Assembly: GCA_040753015.1 (NCBI GenBank)
Contig: JBFMHM010000008.1
Coordinates: forward strand, 11,154-59,445
Length of the DNA: 48,292 nucleotides
Source: Candidatus Omnitrophota bacterium
GTDB taxonomy: Bacteria > Omnitrophota > Gorgyraeia > Gygaellales > JBFMHM01
Direction: 5' to 3'
The notes below the pieces were generated by a model. It made no database searches and was not told the DNA's origin. It saw only the letters and a program-made list of their open reading frames with translations. Positions within the stretch are counted from its first letter, which is position 1, and each line of letters starts with the position of its first letter. Shown piece by piece: positions 8,549 through 16,137 of this stretch. Position numbers and translations under genes: made by a program.

Positions 8549-9355
8549 ATGTTTAAAATACTTGATAAATACGAGCTTGCACCAAAAATTCATTATTGTT
8601 TAATTGAAGCACCTTTGATTGCAAAAAAAGCAAATGCCGGCCAGTTTGTTGTAATAAGGCTTGATGAAAAAGGCGAAAGGATACCTTTGACAATCGCTGA
8701 TTTTGATGGGGAGAAGGGGGTAATTACGCTTGTTTTTCAGGAGTTAGGTAAGACAACGAGCATGTTTGCCAAAATGAAAAAAGGTGAGTATATATTGGAT
8801 CTATTAGGGCCTCAGGGGAATCCTAGTGAAATAAAAAATTTTGGGAATGTTGTAATTATTGGCGGAGGTATTGGTATTGCTCCGGTTTATCTGCTAGCAA
8901 AAACTTTAAGAGGATTAAAAAATCATGTTACTGCTATTCTTGGTTATCGTTCTAAAGAATTTATTTTTTGGCAGGATAAAATGCAGTTGGTTTCAGATAG
9001 GTTATTAATTTCTACAAATGACGGATCTTTCGGTAAAAAAGGTTTTGTTACAGATGTTTTAAGAGGAATAATAGGCAGCAATGATAAAATAGATAAAGTT
9101 TTTGCAATTGGTCCGGCCGAAATGATGAGGGCGGTTGCAGAGTTAACTAAAACAAAAAATATTTCAACAATTGTTAGCCTTAACTCGCTTATGGTTTGTA
9201 GTATGGGTATGTGCGGAGCATGTAGAGTTACGGTAGGTAAAAAAACAAAATTCACCTGTATGGATGGCCCTGATTTTGATGCAAATGAAATTGATTTTGA
9301 TGAACTGATAAAACGATTGAATACTTATAAAAATGAGGAGTGTTCTTGTAAATGA
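8549..9355 (+). CDS. nfnA: NfnA/SudB-type FAD and [2Fe-2S] subunit of NADH-dependent ferredoxin:NADP+ oxidoreductase (DHOD electron-transfer-subunit-like)
   Basis: FNR-like fold motifs (RIPLTIADFD, IGGGIGIAP) and the C-terminal Cys cluster CSMGMCGACRV...FTCMDGP. GGAG lies upstream of the ATG at 8549. Confidence 0.75.
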   Translation: MFKILDKYELAPKIHYCLIEAPLIAKKANAGQFVVIRLDEKGERIPLTIADFDGEKGVITLVFQELGKTTSMFAKMKKGEYILDLLGPQGNPSEIKNFGNVVIIGGGIGIAPVYLLAKTLRGLKNHVTAILGYRSKEFIFWQDKMQLVSDRLLISTNDGSFGKKGFVTDVLRGIIGSNDKIDKVFAIGPAEMMRAVAELTKTKNISTIVSLNSLMVCSMGMCGACRVTVGKKTKFTCMDGPDFDANEIDFDELIKRLNTYKNEECSCK

Positions 9356-10779
9356 ATGAAGAAAAAAAAGCTATCGCTATGCGCGAACAGCCAATTGAGG
9401 TGCGGATTAAGAATTTTGAAGAAGTTCCTCTAGGGTATAATGAAGAAGAGGCAATTAAAGAAGCAGCGCGTTGTCTACAATGTAAGAACAAGCCTTGTAT
9501 TAGCGGCTGTCCAGTTCATATTGATATTCCGCTTTTTATCAAACTCATACAGGAGAAGAAATTTCAGGAAGCAGTAGATGTAATTCATATGACAGATTCT
9601 TTGCCTTGTGTAACTGGCAGGGTTTGTCCGCAGGAAGAGCAGTGCCAGGTAGTATGTATTATGAATAAAATCGGCGAGCCTATATCGATAGGGCGGCTAG
9701 AGAGATTTGTTGCTGATTGGGATTTGGCAAATAGGGAGAATAAAAAGATAAACCAAGTTCCAGAAGTTTTGAGAAAAAATATCTGCCACGAAGTGGCGAG
9801 ACCTCGCCTCGGGCGGGAGAAAGTGGCTATTGTTGGTTCTGGGCCCGCAGGCCTTACTTGCGCGGCTGAGTTAATAAAGAGGGGTTTTGATGTTACAGTT
9901 TTTGAGGGGTATCATAAATTAGGCGGAGTGCTTGTTTATGGAATACCAGAATTTCGTCTTCCAAAATCAATTGTTGAGAAAGAAATTAATTTTCTTAAAG
10001 ATATGGGTGTTAATTTCATGACGAATATTCTTATAGGGAGAGTTTTAACAATAGATGAGTTATTTAAAGAAGGTTTTAGGGCAATATTTATCGGTACAGG
10101 TGCGGGCCTGCCTAATTTTATGGGAATACCAGGTGAGAATTTAGATGGTATTTATTCTGCTAATGAGTTTTTAACACGTGTTAATTTAATGAAGGCGTAT
10201 AAATTTCCCGAATATGATACACCGATAAAAAAAGGTAAGTATGTTGCTGTAATTGGTGGTGGAAATGTGGCAATGGATTCAGCAAGAACCGCAATAAGAT
10301 TAGGTGCAAAACATGTTTATTTAATTTATCGGCGTACAGAGAATGAGATGCCAGCGCGTATAGAAGAGATATATAGGGCTAAAGAAGAGGGTGTTGATTT
10401 TAAAATTTTAACTAATCCTATAAGATATATTGGGGATAACAAAGGTTTTGTTCGAGAGGTTATTTGTGTAAAAATGGAATTAGGCCGGGTTGACTCTTCA
10501 GGAAGACCGAGGCCAACTCCTATAAAAGCATCAGAATTTAGCATTGACATAGATGAAGTAATTGTGGCAATAGGCAATACTCCTAATCCTATAATTATGC
10601 GCACAACCCCAGGCCTTAGGACAAAAGAAGAAGGAGAAATTATAGTTGATGATAAATATATGACTTCTTTACCAGGTGTATTTGCCGGCGGAGATATTGT
10701 TACAGGTGCTGCAACTGTAATTACGGCTATGGGTGCGGGGAAAAAGGCCGCCGAAAATATTGATACATATCTGTGCTAA
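9352..10779 (+). CDS. nfnB: NfnB/SudA-type subunit (glutamate synthase small-chain GltD homologue)
   Basis: CLQCKNKPCISGCPV and CVTGRVCPQEEQC Fe-S motifs. Two Rossmann motifs, VAIVGSGPAGL and VAVIGGGNVAMD, plus GVFAGGD. Confidence 0.8.
   Translation: MNEEKKAIAMREQPIEVRIKNFEEVPLGYNEEEAIKEAARCLQCKNKPCISGCPVHIDIPLFIKLIQEKKFQEAVDVIHMTDSLPCVTGRVCPQEEQCQVVCIMNKIGEPISIGRLERFVADWDLANRENKKINQVPEVLRKNICHEVARPRLGREKVAIVGSGPAGLTCAAELIKRGFDVTVFEGYHKLGGVLVYGIPEFRLPKSIVEKEINFLKDMGVNFMTNILIGRVLTIDELFKEGFRAIFIGTGAGLPNFMGIPGENLDGIYSANEFLTRVNLMKAYKFPEYDTPIKKGKYVAVIGGGNVAMDSARTAIRLGAKHVYLIYRRTENEMPARIEEIYRAKEEGVDFKILTNPIRYIGDNKGFVREVICVKMELGRVDSSGRPRPTPIKASEFSIDIDEVIVAIGNTPNPIIMRTTPGLRTKEEGEIIVDDKYMTSLPGVFAGGDIVTGAATVITAMGAGKKAAENIDTYLC
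9798..9827. repeat. 30-bp in-frame GC-rich palindromic insertion in nfnB, flanked by a 7-bp direct repeat AAGTGGC (9791-9797 / 9821-9827)
   Basis: aagtggc-gagacctcgcctcgggcgggaga-aagtggc, containing the palindrome ggcgag-ac-ctcgcc. Deleting 30 bp restores ...HEVAIVGSGPAG, the canonical dinucleotide-binding start. Confidence 0.7.
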
Positions 10780-10781
10780 AA
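10733..10781. repeat. 49-bp direct repeat, left copy (the real 3' end of nfnB including its stop codon)
   Basis: gtgcggggaaaaaggccgccgaaaatattgatacatatctgtgctaaaa. It recurs at 12367-12415 with one mismatch (10761 t versus 12395 c). Confidence 0.95.
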
Positions 10782-10783
10782 GC

Positions 10784-10812
10784 TTGACAAGAGCATATTT
10801 GTATGTTTTAAT
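10784..10812 (+). promoter_or_regulatory. Putative sigma70-type promoter of the abiE cassette (TTGACA-17 nt-TTTAAT)
   Basis: TTGACA at 10784-10789 and TTTAAT at 10807-10812, starting 3 nt inside the insertion. A GGGGG Shine-Dalgarno lies before the ATG at 10843. Confidence 0.4.
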
Positions 10813-10842
10813 ACACTGTAATTACCTATAGGGGGTATATAA

Positions 10843-11628
10843 ATGGTATCAAAAAATACTATTTTGACGGAGAAACGCCTCAGAGATATAGAAGACATTA
10901 TAGCCGCTTCTGGTAAGATTGTAACCGCTTGTGATATCTATAAAGTCTTAGACAAAAAATACTCAAAATTTGTCATTAAGAAATTGGTTTATGAGCTAAA
11001 GGTTAAAGGTTGGTTTGTTCCTTTAAAACGAGGGCTTTATTTTATCTCTGATATATCATCACGCGACTTTGTAAATATTTCGCCCATTATTATTGCTGCT
11101 GCATTCGATAAAGATTCTTATGTTTCACTGGATTCAGCTTTAAGCTATTACGGGCTTTTTGAACAGATGCTGCGCAGTGTATCATCCGTAACTAAGCATA
11201 GATCTCGAAAGTATGTTTTTCAGGATAACACTTATCGCTATCTAAAAATAAACAAAAAACTATATTTCGGATTTACTACGGAAAATATAGAAGGCTGCTA
11301 TGTAAAAGTTGCTGAACTTGAAAAAGTGATTTTGGATTATTTATATTTTAAAAACGGTACTTATGCTATTGATTTATTACTAGAAAAATTACAAAAAGCA
11401 AAAGAGAAAATCAATTTTCAGAAATTCATTGACTATGCTAAAAAATTTCCCGAAGCAACCAAGCGCAAATTAGGCTTTATTTTGGATGTGCTAAAAATGG
11501 ATACAGAGGGGCTACATAAAACCATACAGACAACAGGCTATAGTAAACTAACGCCCAATTCAAAAAAATTCAATGCGAAATGGCGGTTATATTATGAAGA
11601 TAGATTTGCTAGAAAGATCTCAGCTTGA
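10843..11628 (+). CDS. abiEi: Type IV toxin-antitoxin system antitoxin, AbiEi family (wHTH transcriptional regulator)
   Basis: Size, position directly upstream of and overlapping the AbiEii-like gene, and the YVSLDSALSYYGL motif typical of AbiEi C-terminal domains. Confidence 0.7.
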   Translation: MVSKNTILTEKRLRDIEDIIAASGKIVTACDIYKVLDKKYSKFVIKKLVYELKVKGWFVPLKRGLYFISDISSRDFVNISPIIIAAAFDKDSYVSLDSALSYYGLFEQMLRSVSSVTKHRSRKYVFQDNTYRYLKINKKLYFGFTTENIEGCYVKVAELEKVILDYLYFKNGTYAIDLLLEKLQKAKEKINFQKFIDYAKKFPEATKRKLGFILDVLKMDTEGLHKTIQTTGYSKLTPNSKKFNAKWRLYYEDRFARKISA

Positions 11629-12349
11629 AATATTAAATAAGCGTGGCCCGAAATATAATTTACAAGATGCCGAAAAGGATTATTTTCTAGCAATAATCTT
11701 GAGTATATTTTATGGCTCAAAATTAAAAGATGTACTTGTTTTTAAAGGCGGCACAGCTATTTATCATTGCTATTTAGGCCAGATTCGCTTTTCAAAAGAT
11801 TTAGATTTTACTGCGACAATTAAACTAAAACTGCACGACATAGAGAATTTATTTTCTGGCTTTGGTATATTTAAATTGAAGAACGCAGAAGAGAAAAAAT
11901 TCGGATTAGCTTTTTCTTTGCAGTATCGCGGTATATTGGCTCAAGCCGATACAATAGAGGTGGATATAAACACAAATCAAAAAGTACTACTTAAACCAAA
12001 AATAATGGAGTACAAGAATTATTATGGCGTTAAACTTTTATGTCCGGTTATGGATAAAAATGAAATTATCGCCGAGAAAATACGTACGCTTAATGATAGA
12101 GCAAGGCCGAGGGATTCTTATGATTTGGTAATATTGCAGAAAAAATTAGGATTGAATATCGATGAAGCATTGGTATTACTGGCGAAGAAGGAGATGTATA
12201 TACCTTTAAATAAAAAGAATATTACTGAAAATATAAAGATATCTTTAGAAAGATTTGATAACGAAATGGAAGAGTTGTATTATCGCGAGAAGATAACCAA
12301 AGAAGAAATAAAGGGCTTTTCGAATGAATTATTGGAAAAGATAAAGTAA
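11594..12349 (+). CDS. abiEii: Nucleotidyltransferase toxin, AbiEii/AbiGii (DUF1814) family
   Basis: VFKGGTAIYHCY...RFSKDLDF (NTase G-G-[ST] and D-x-D motifs). EKIRTLNDRARPRDSYDL is typical of the family. The ATG at 11594 overlaps the antitoxin gene by 35 nt. Confidence 0.75.
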   Translation: MKIDLLERSQLEILNKRGPKYNLQDAEKDYFLAIILSIFYGSKLKDVLVFKGGTAIYHCYLGQIRFSKDLDFTATIKLKLHDIENLFSGFGIFKLKNAEEKKFGLAFSLQYRGILAQADTIEVDINTNQKVLLKPKIMEYKNYYGVKLLCPVMDKNEIIAEKIRTLNDRARPRDSYDLVILQKKLGLNIDEALVLLAKKEMYIPLNKKNITENIKISLERFDNEMEELYYREKITKEEIKGFSNELLEKIK

Positions 12350-12366
12350 TTTTTAGCAGTATATAT

Positions 12367-12415
12367 GTGCGGGGAAAAAGGCCGCCGAAAATATCGATAC
12401 ATATCTGTGCTAAAA
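12367..12415. repeat. 49-bp direct repeat, right copy (orphan duplicate of the nfnB 3' end)
   Basis: 48/49 identical to 10733-10781. It lies in the intergenic region after abiEii. Confidence 0.95.
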
Positions 12416-12479
12416 AATACTTTATTTTTTTTAAAAATATGGTAACATATTTGAAATTGTTTTTATTACCTTAAAATTT

Positions 12480-13193
12480 ATGTCAAACGAATTATTTATT
12501 CTTTTAACTACGGCAGTTTCAGTTGGGTTTATTCATACATTACTTGGCCCGGATCATTATTTGCCATTCATAGTAATGGCTAAAGCGCGGCGATGGTCAT
12601 ACCTTAAAACAACTCTTATAACCTTTGTTTGTGGCCTAGGGCATGTAGCAAGTTCTGTATTAATAGGCTTGGTTGGCTTGCAGCTCGGGTTTGCTCTAAA
12701 TAAATTAGAATTTTTTGAGTCGTTAAGGGGTAATTGGGCTGGATGGGGTTTAATTATTTTTGGTTTTAGTTATTTTGTTTATGGTGTTTTTCGCGTAATT
12801 AAGAATAAACCTCATACACATTCACATTTCCATTTAGATGGTAATAAACATATGCATGAACATACTCACAAGGGTGAACATGTTCATGTTCACCAGCAAA
12901 CTATTTTTTCAAAAACAATTCCTTGGACGTTATTTGTAATTTTTGTTTTTGGCCCGTGCGAACCATTAATTCCGGTTTTGATGTATCCGGCATTAAAACA
13001 AAATTTGGCAAATATGTTTTTAATTGCGATAGTATTTGGTTTATCTACAATTTCGACAATGATAGGCATAGTTTTGGTTTCAACTTTTGGAATTAATATT
13101 TTACCGATAAAGCCGTTAGAGAAATATTCTCATGCTTTTGCAGGGTTTATAATTTTCTTCTGCGGTTTAGCAGTGCAATTTTTTGGTTTATAA
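12480..13193 (+). CDS. NicO/RcnA-like nickel/cobalt transporter with a central His-rich loop
   Basis: 3+3 TM layout, HTLLGPDH and FGPCEPLIP motifs (compare RcnA HGLEPGHSK / GGLIPCPAA), and the loop HTHSHFHLDGNKHMHEHTHKGEHVHVH. Sits directly upstream of [NiFe]-hydrogenase genes. Confidence 0.65.
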   Translation: MSNELFILLTTAVSVGFIHTLLGPDHYLPFIVMAKARRWSYLKTTLITFVCGLGHVASSVLIGLVGLQLGFALNKLEFFESLRGNWAGWGLIIFGFSYFVYGVFRVIKNKPHTHSHFHLDGNKHMHEHTHKGEHVHVHQQTIFSKTIPWTLFVIFVFGPCEPLIPVLMYPALKQNLANMFLIAIVFGLSTISTMIGIVLVSTFGINILPIKPLEKYSHAFAGFIIFFCGLAVQFFGL

Positions 13194-13200
13194 TTCTAAT

Positions 13201-13443
13201 ATGCATGAGACCCATCTTTTAGAAAAAATATTTAAATTTTTAGAAGATAAAGAAGTAGAATCAAGAAAAAAGATAAAAAAAGTATATTTTTGTATTTCTG
13301 AATTTGGTTCAATTTCAAAAGAGCATTTTTTGGAACATTTTAGAAAAGAATCTTGCGGCACTAAATGGCAGAATATTGATATTGAAATAAAAAAAGTTCC
13401 TGTTGGATCGGAACTTGAAATTACAAAGATTGATTTCGAATAA
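13201..13443 (+). CDS. hypA: HypA-like hydrogenase nickel-insertion protein lacking the zinc-finger domain (80 aa)
   Basis: Starts with MHE, the HypA Ni-binding N-terminus, at the ATG at 13201. The body aligns to the HypA N-domain and ends GSELEITKIDFE, like the HypA C-terminal strand. Neither CxxC pair is present. Confidence 0.6.
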   Translation: MHETHLLEKIFKFLEDKEVESRKKIKKVYFCISEFGSISKEHFLEHFRKESCGTKWQNIDIEIKKVPVGSELEITKIDFE

Positions 13444-13461
13444 AAAAATCGGGGGTTCAAA

Positions 13462-14499
13462 GTGAAATACGCTTGTATTAAGAAAGAAGATATAAATAAA
13501 TGGCTTGAATATTTGAAAGAGAAGGCAAGCCTTTATGCGCCTAGAAAAAAGGAGAATCTATTCGTTTTTGATAAAGTTAAAGATATAGCCGATATCGTAT
13601 TATCATATATTCCTACGATTCTTCCTCCAAAGAAATATTATTTTCCTCAGAAAGAAAAATTGTATAATTTTAGTATTTCTCCGTTTAAAACCTCTAAGGC
13701 AATCGAAGAATTCGAGGAATATATTCTTTTTGCTGTGCATACCTGCGATATCGCCGGAATTCAATGTATGGATGTTGTATTTCGGGAAGGCCCGGAAGAT
13801 CCTAATTACTTGAACAGAAAAGAGAAGATGACGATTATAGGTATAGAATGTCTTAAACGTTGCGATAAATTTTCTAATTGCGTCTCTATGGGTAATCATA
13901 TTCCAAGGGGTGGCTATGATTTGATGATGATTGATATCGGAGATAATTTTATTTTGCATATCAATTCTCATAAAGGAGAAAATATTATTAAAGGGTTAAG
14001 TTATATTAAAGAAGCATCTTCAAAAGATATACTCAATCTAGATCGTGTAAGAGATGTAAAAAAACAAGATTTTAAGGAAGAATTTATTGCGCCATTAACT
14101 AAGGTGTACGAGGCCTTTGATAAACGTTTTAATTCTGATGTATGGGAAGATGTTGGAAGACGTTGTATTGCCTGTGGCAATTGTACGAACGTATGCCCGA
14201 CTTGTTATTGCTTTGATGTTAAAGATGAGTTAGAGCTGAACTTAAATGAAGGTACAAGGTCGCGGATATGGAATTCTTGTCAGATGGATGATTTTGCAAA
14301 AGTAGCTGGTGGAGAGGATTTCCGTAAAGGCCGTGATACCAGGCAGCGGCATAGATATTACAGGAAGTTTAAATACCCTGTTGATAAATTTAACAGATAT
14401 TTTTGTATTGGTTGTGGCAGATGTACCAGGACTTGTATGGCAGAGATAAATTTAGTTGATACAGTTAATTCGCTTCTTTCTAAGGAAGAAATTAAATAA
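13462..14499 (+). CDS. [NiFe]-hydrogenase group 3b-type (sulfhydrogenase-like) beta subunit; AsrA-like Fe-S protein
   Basis: CIACGNCTNVCPTCYCFD and CIGCGRCTRTCMAE ferredoxin-type motifs. Gene order beta-gamma-delta-alpha matches Pyrococcus-type sulfhydrogenases. Confidence 0.75.
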   Translation: MKYACIKKEDINKWLEYLKEKASLYAPRKKENLFVFDKVKDIADIVLSYIPTILPPKKYYFPQKEKLYNFSISPFKTSKAIEEFEEYILFAVHTCDIAGIQCMDVVFREGPEDPNYLNRKEKMTIIGIECLKRCDKFSNCVSMGNHIPRGGYDLMMIDIGDNFILHINSHKGENIIKGLSYIKEASSKDILNLDRVRDVKKQDFKEEFIAPLTKVYEAFDKRFNSDVWEDVGRRCIACGNCTNVCPTCYCFDVKDELELNLNEGTRSRIWNSCQMDDFAKVAGGEDFRKGRDTRQRHRYYRKFKYPVDKFNRYFCIGCGRCTRTCMAEINLVDTVNSLLSKEEIK

Positions 14500-14522
14500 A
14501 CACATATTAACGGAGAATAAAG

Positions 14523-15389
14523 ATGATTGACAGAGAAATACTTTTAGAAAAGATGAAGACCTCTCCTTATAAACCGATGAAGGCAAAGATTCTCGAAGCG
14601 AAAATGCTTACTGAGAATGAAAAGTTTTTTAGAATTGAACTTGAGGGTAAGATTAATCTTGGCCATGACCCCGGGCAATTTGTAATGGTGTCTATATTTG
14701 GTTACGAGGAAGCACCAATTTCTATTTGTTCATCGCCGACAGATAAAGGGTATTTTGATTTAACCGTAAGAAATGTTGGTAGTTTTACTAATAAATTACA
14801 TCAGTTAGAAAGAGGCGATATTCTTGGTATCCGTGGTCCGTTTGGCAAAGGTTTTCCCGTTGATAATATGTTTGGTAATGATTTAGTTATAGTTGCTGGC
14901 GGCTTAGGGATAGTTCCGCTTAGATCGTTGATTAGGTATATAATGCATAATAAAAATGCTTTTGGCAATGTTCAAATACTCCTTGGGTGCAAAACACCAA
15001 AGGATTTATTATTTAGAGAAGAAACAAAAGAATGGATGGAAAGATCAGAGATTAAATTTAATTGTACTGTTGACCGCGCAGACCCTGATTGGAAGGGAAA
15101 TGTCGGGCTTATTACATCATTGATTCCTGGGGTAGATATAAATCCTGCTAGGACTTATGCGGTAGTTGTTGGCCCGCCGATAATGTATAAGTTTGTTATT
15201 GTGAAATTACTCGAAAAAAATATTCCTGATCATCAAATTATTGTTTCTCTTGAGCGTAGAATGCGTTGCGGCCTTGGTAAGTGCGGCCATTGTCAGATTG
15301 AAGGTAAATATGTTTGTCAGTCTGGGCCGGTTTTTACTTACGCAGATTTAAAAGATTTTAAAGGAGAGTGCCATGAAAAAGCAATCTAA
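14523..15389 (+). CDS. Group 3b-type hydrogenase gamma subunit (FAD/NAD(P)-binding, [2Fe-2S]; AsrB-like)
   Basis: FNR-like motifs (APISICSSP, VAGGLGIVPL) and the C-terminal CGLGKCGHCQIEGKYVCQSGP cluster motif. Confidence 0.75.
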   Translation: MIDREILLEKMKTSPYKPMKAKILEAKMLTENEKFFRIELEGKINLGHDPGQFVMVSIFGYEEAPISICSSPTDKGYFDLTVRNVGSFTNKLHQLERGDILGIRGPFGKGFPVDNMFGNDLVIVAGGLGIVPLRSLIRYIMHNKNAFGNVQILLGCKTPKDLLFREETKEWMERSEIKFNCTVDRADPDWKGNVGLITSLIPGVDINPARTYAVVVGPPIMYKFVIVKLLEKNIPDHQIIVSLERRMRCGLGKCGHCQIEGKYVCQSGPVFTYADLKDFKGECHEKAI

Positions 15390-16137
15390 ACCAAAAGTAG
15401 CTTTCTTCGATTTTACAGATTGCGAGGGTTGCCAGCTTCAAATTGCAAATATGGGAGAGGCATTCCTTGAATTAGCCGAGCTTATTGATATAGTTAGCTT
15501 TCGTGAGATAATGTCAGAAGAAGGCCAAGATTATGACATAGCAGTTGTTGAAGGCAGCATTTCAACAGATAATGACGTTATGCGTATAAAGAAGATTAGA
15601 GAAAAAGCAAAAATTTTAGTTGCGTTTGGTTCTTGCGCTGCGATCGCAGGCGTTAACGGCATAAAAAATCGCACACCCCTAGATGTTGCTAAAACTAGAG
15701 TTTATGGTGATAAGGCGGATAAGATTAATACAATTAAAGCTATGCCGCTCGATCAGGTGGTAAAAGTTGATTACTATATTCTTAATTGTCCGCCATACAT
15801 CCCTGAAATAATTGCAGTTTTTAAGGCAATTCTTATGGGTAAACCATATCCTCGTCCAAATTATTCGGTATGCGTTGAATGTAAAATGAATGAAAACGTT
15901 TGTCGTTATGAAAAAGACGAAGAGTGTATGGGGCCGGTAACGCGCGCAGGATGTAATTCTTGGTGTGTTAATAATGGAAATCGCTGTTATGGCTGCCGTG
16001 GATTGCTAGATAATCCGGCGATTGAAGGCGCAAAAGATATTTTATTAAAATATGGGTTAAAAATCGAAGATATTTTAAACCATTTTACTTTATATAATGA
16101 TCCGCAGGGAGAGAAATATGACCAAGCATTCAAATAA
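15373..16137 (+). CDS. [NiFe]-hydrogenase small (delta) subunit
   Basis: FFDFTDCEGCQ proximal-cluster motif, GSCAAIAG, and multiple C-terminal Cys motifs (CVECKMNENVC, CNSWC, CYGCRG). Confidence 0.8.
   Translation: MKKQSKPKVAFFDFTDCEGCQLQIANMGEAFLELAELIDIVSFREIMSEEGQDYDIAVVEGSISTDNDVMRIKKIREKAKILVAFGSCAAIAGVNGIKNRTPLDVAKTRVYGDKADKINTIKAMPLDQVVKVDYYILNCPPYIPEIIAVFKAILMGKPYPRPNYSVCVECKMNENVCRYEKDEECMGPVTRAGCNSWCVNNGNRCYGCRGLLDNPAIEGAKDILLKYGLKIEDILNHFTLYNDPQGEKYDQAFK

Larger units (their letters stand above)
10782..12415 (+). mobile_element. 1,634-bp inserted cassette carrying an AbiEi/AbiEii toxin-antitoxin pair with its own promoter; no recombinase gene
   Basis: Bracketed by the 49-bp direct repeats. 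It interrupts the otherwise contiguous nfnAB to Ni-transporter/hydrogenase gene string. Confidence 0.55.

Noticed and set aside
12416-12479. Possible NiCo (czcD-type) riboswitch or NikR operator upstream of the Ni transporter
   Set aside because: The region is short, very AT-rich, and lacks the GC-rich four-way-junction features or the GTATGA-n16-TCATAC NikR-type palindrome. Only a weak ggtaa...ttacc inverted repeat is present.
13188-13460. 90-aa minus-strand ORF
   Set aside because: It lies antisense to the HypA-like gene, which has the MHE start and collinearity with HypA. The minus-strand ORF has no motif or RBS support.
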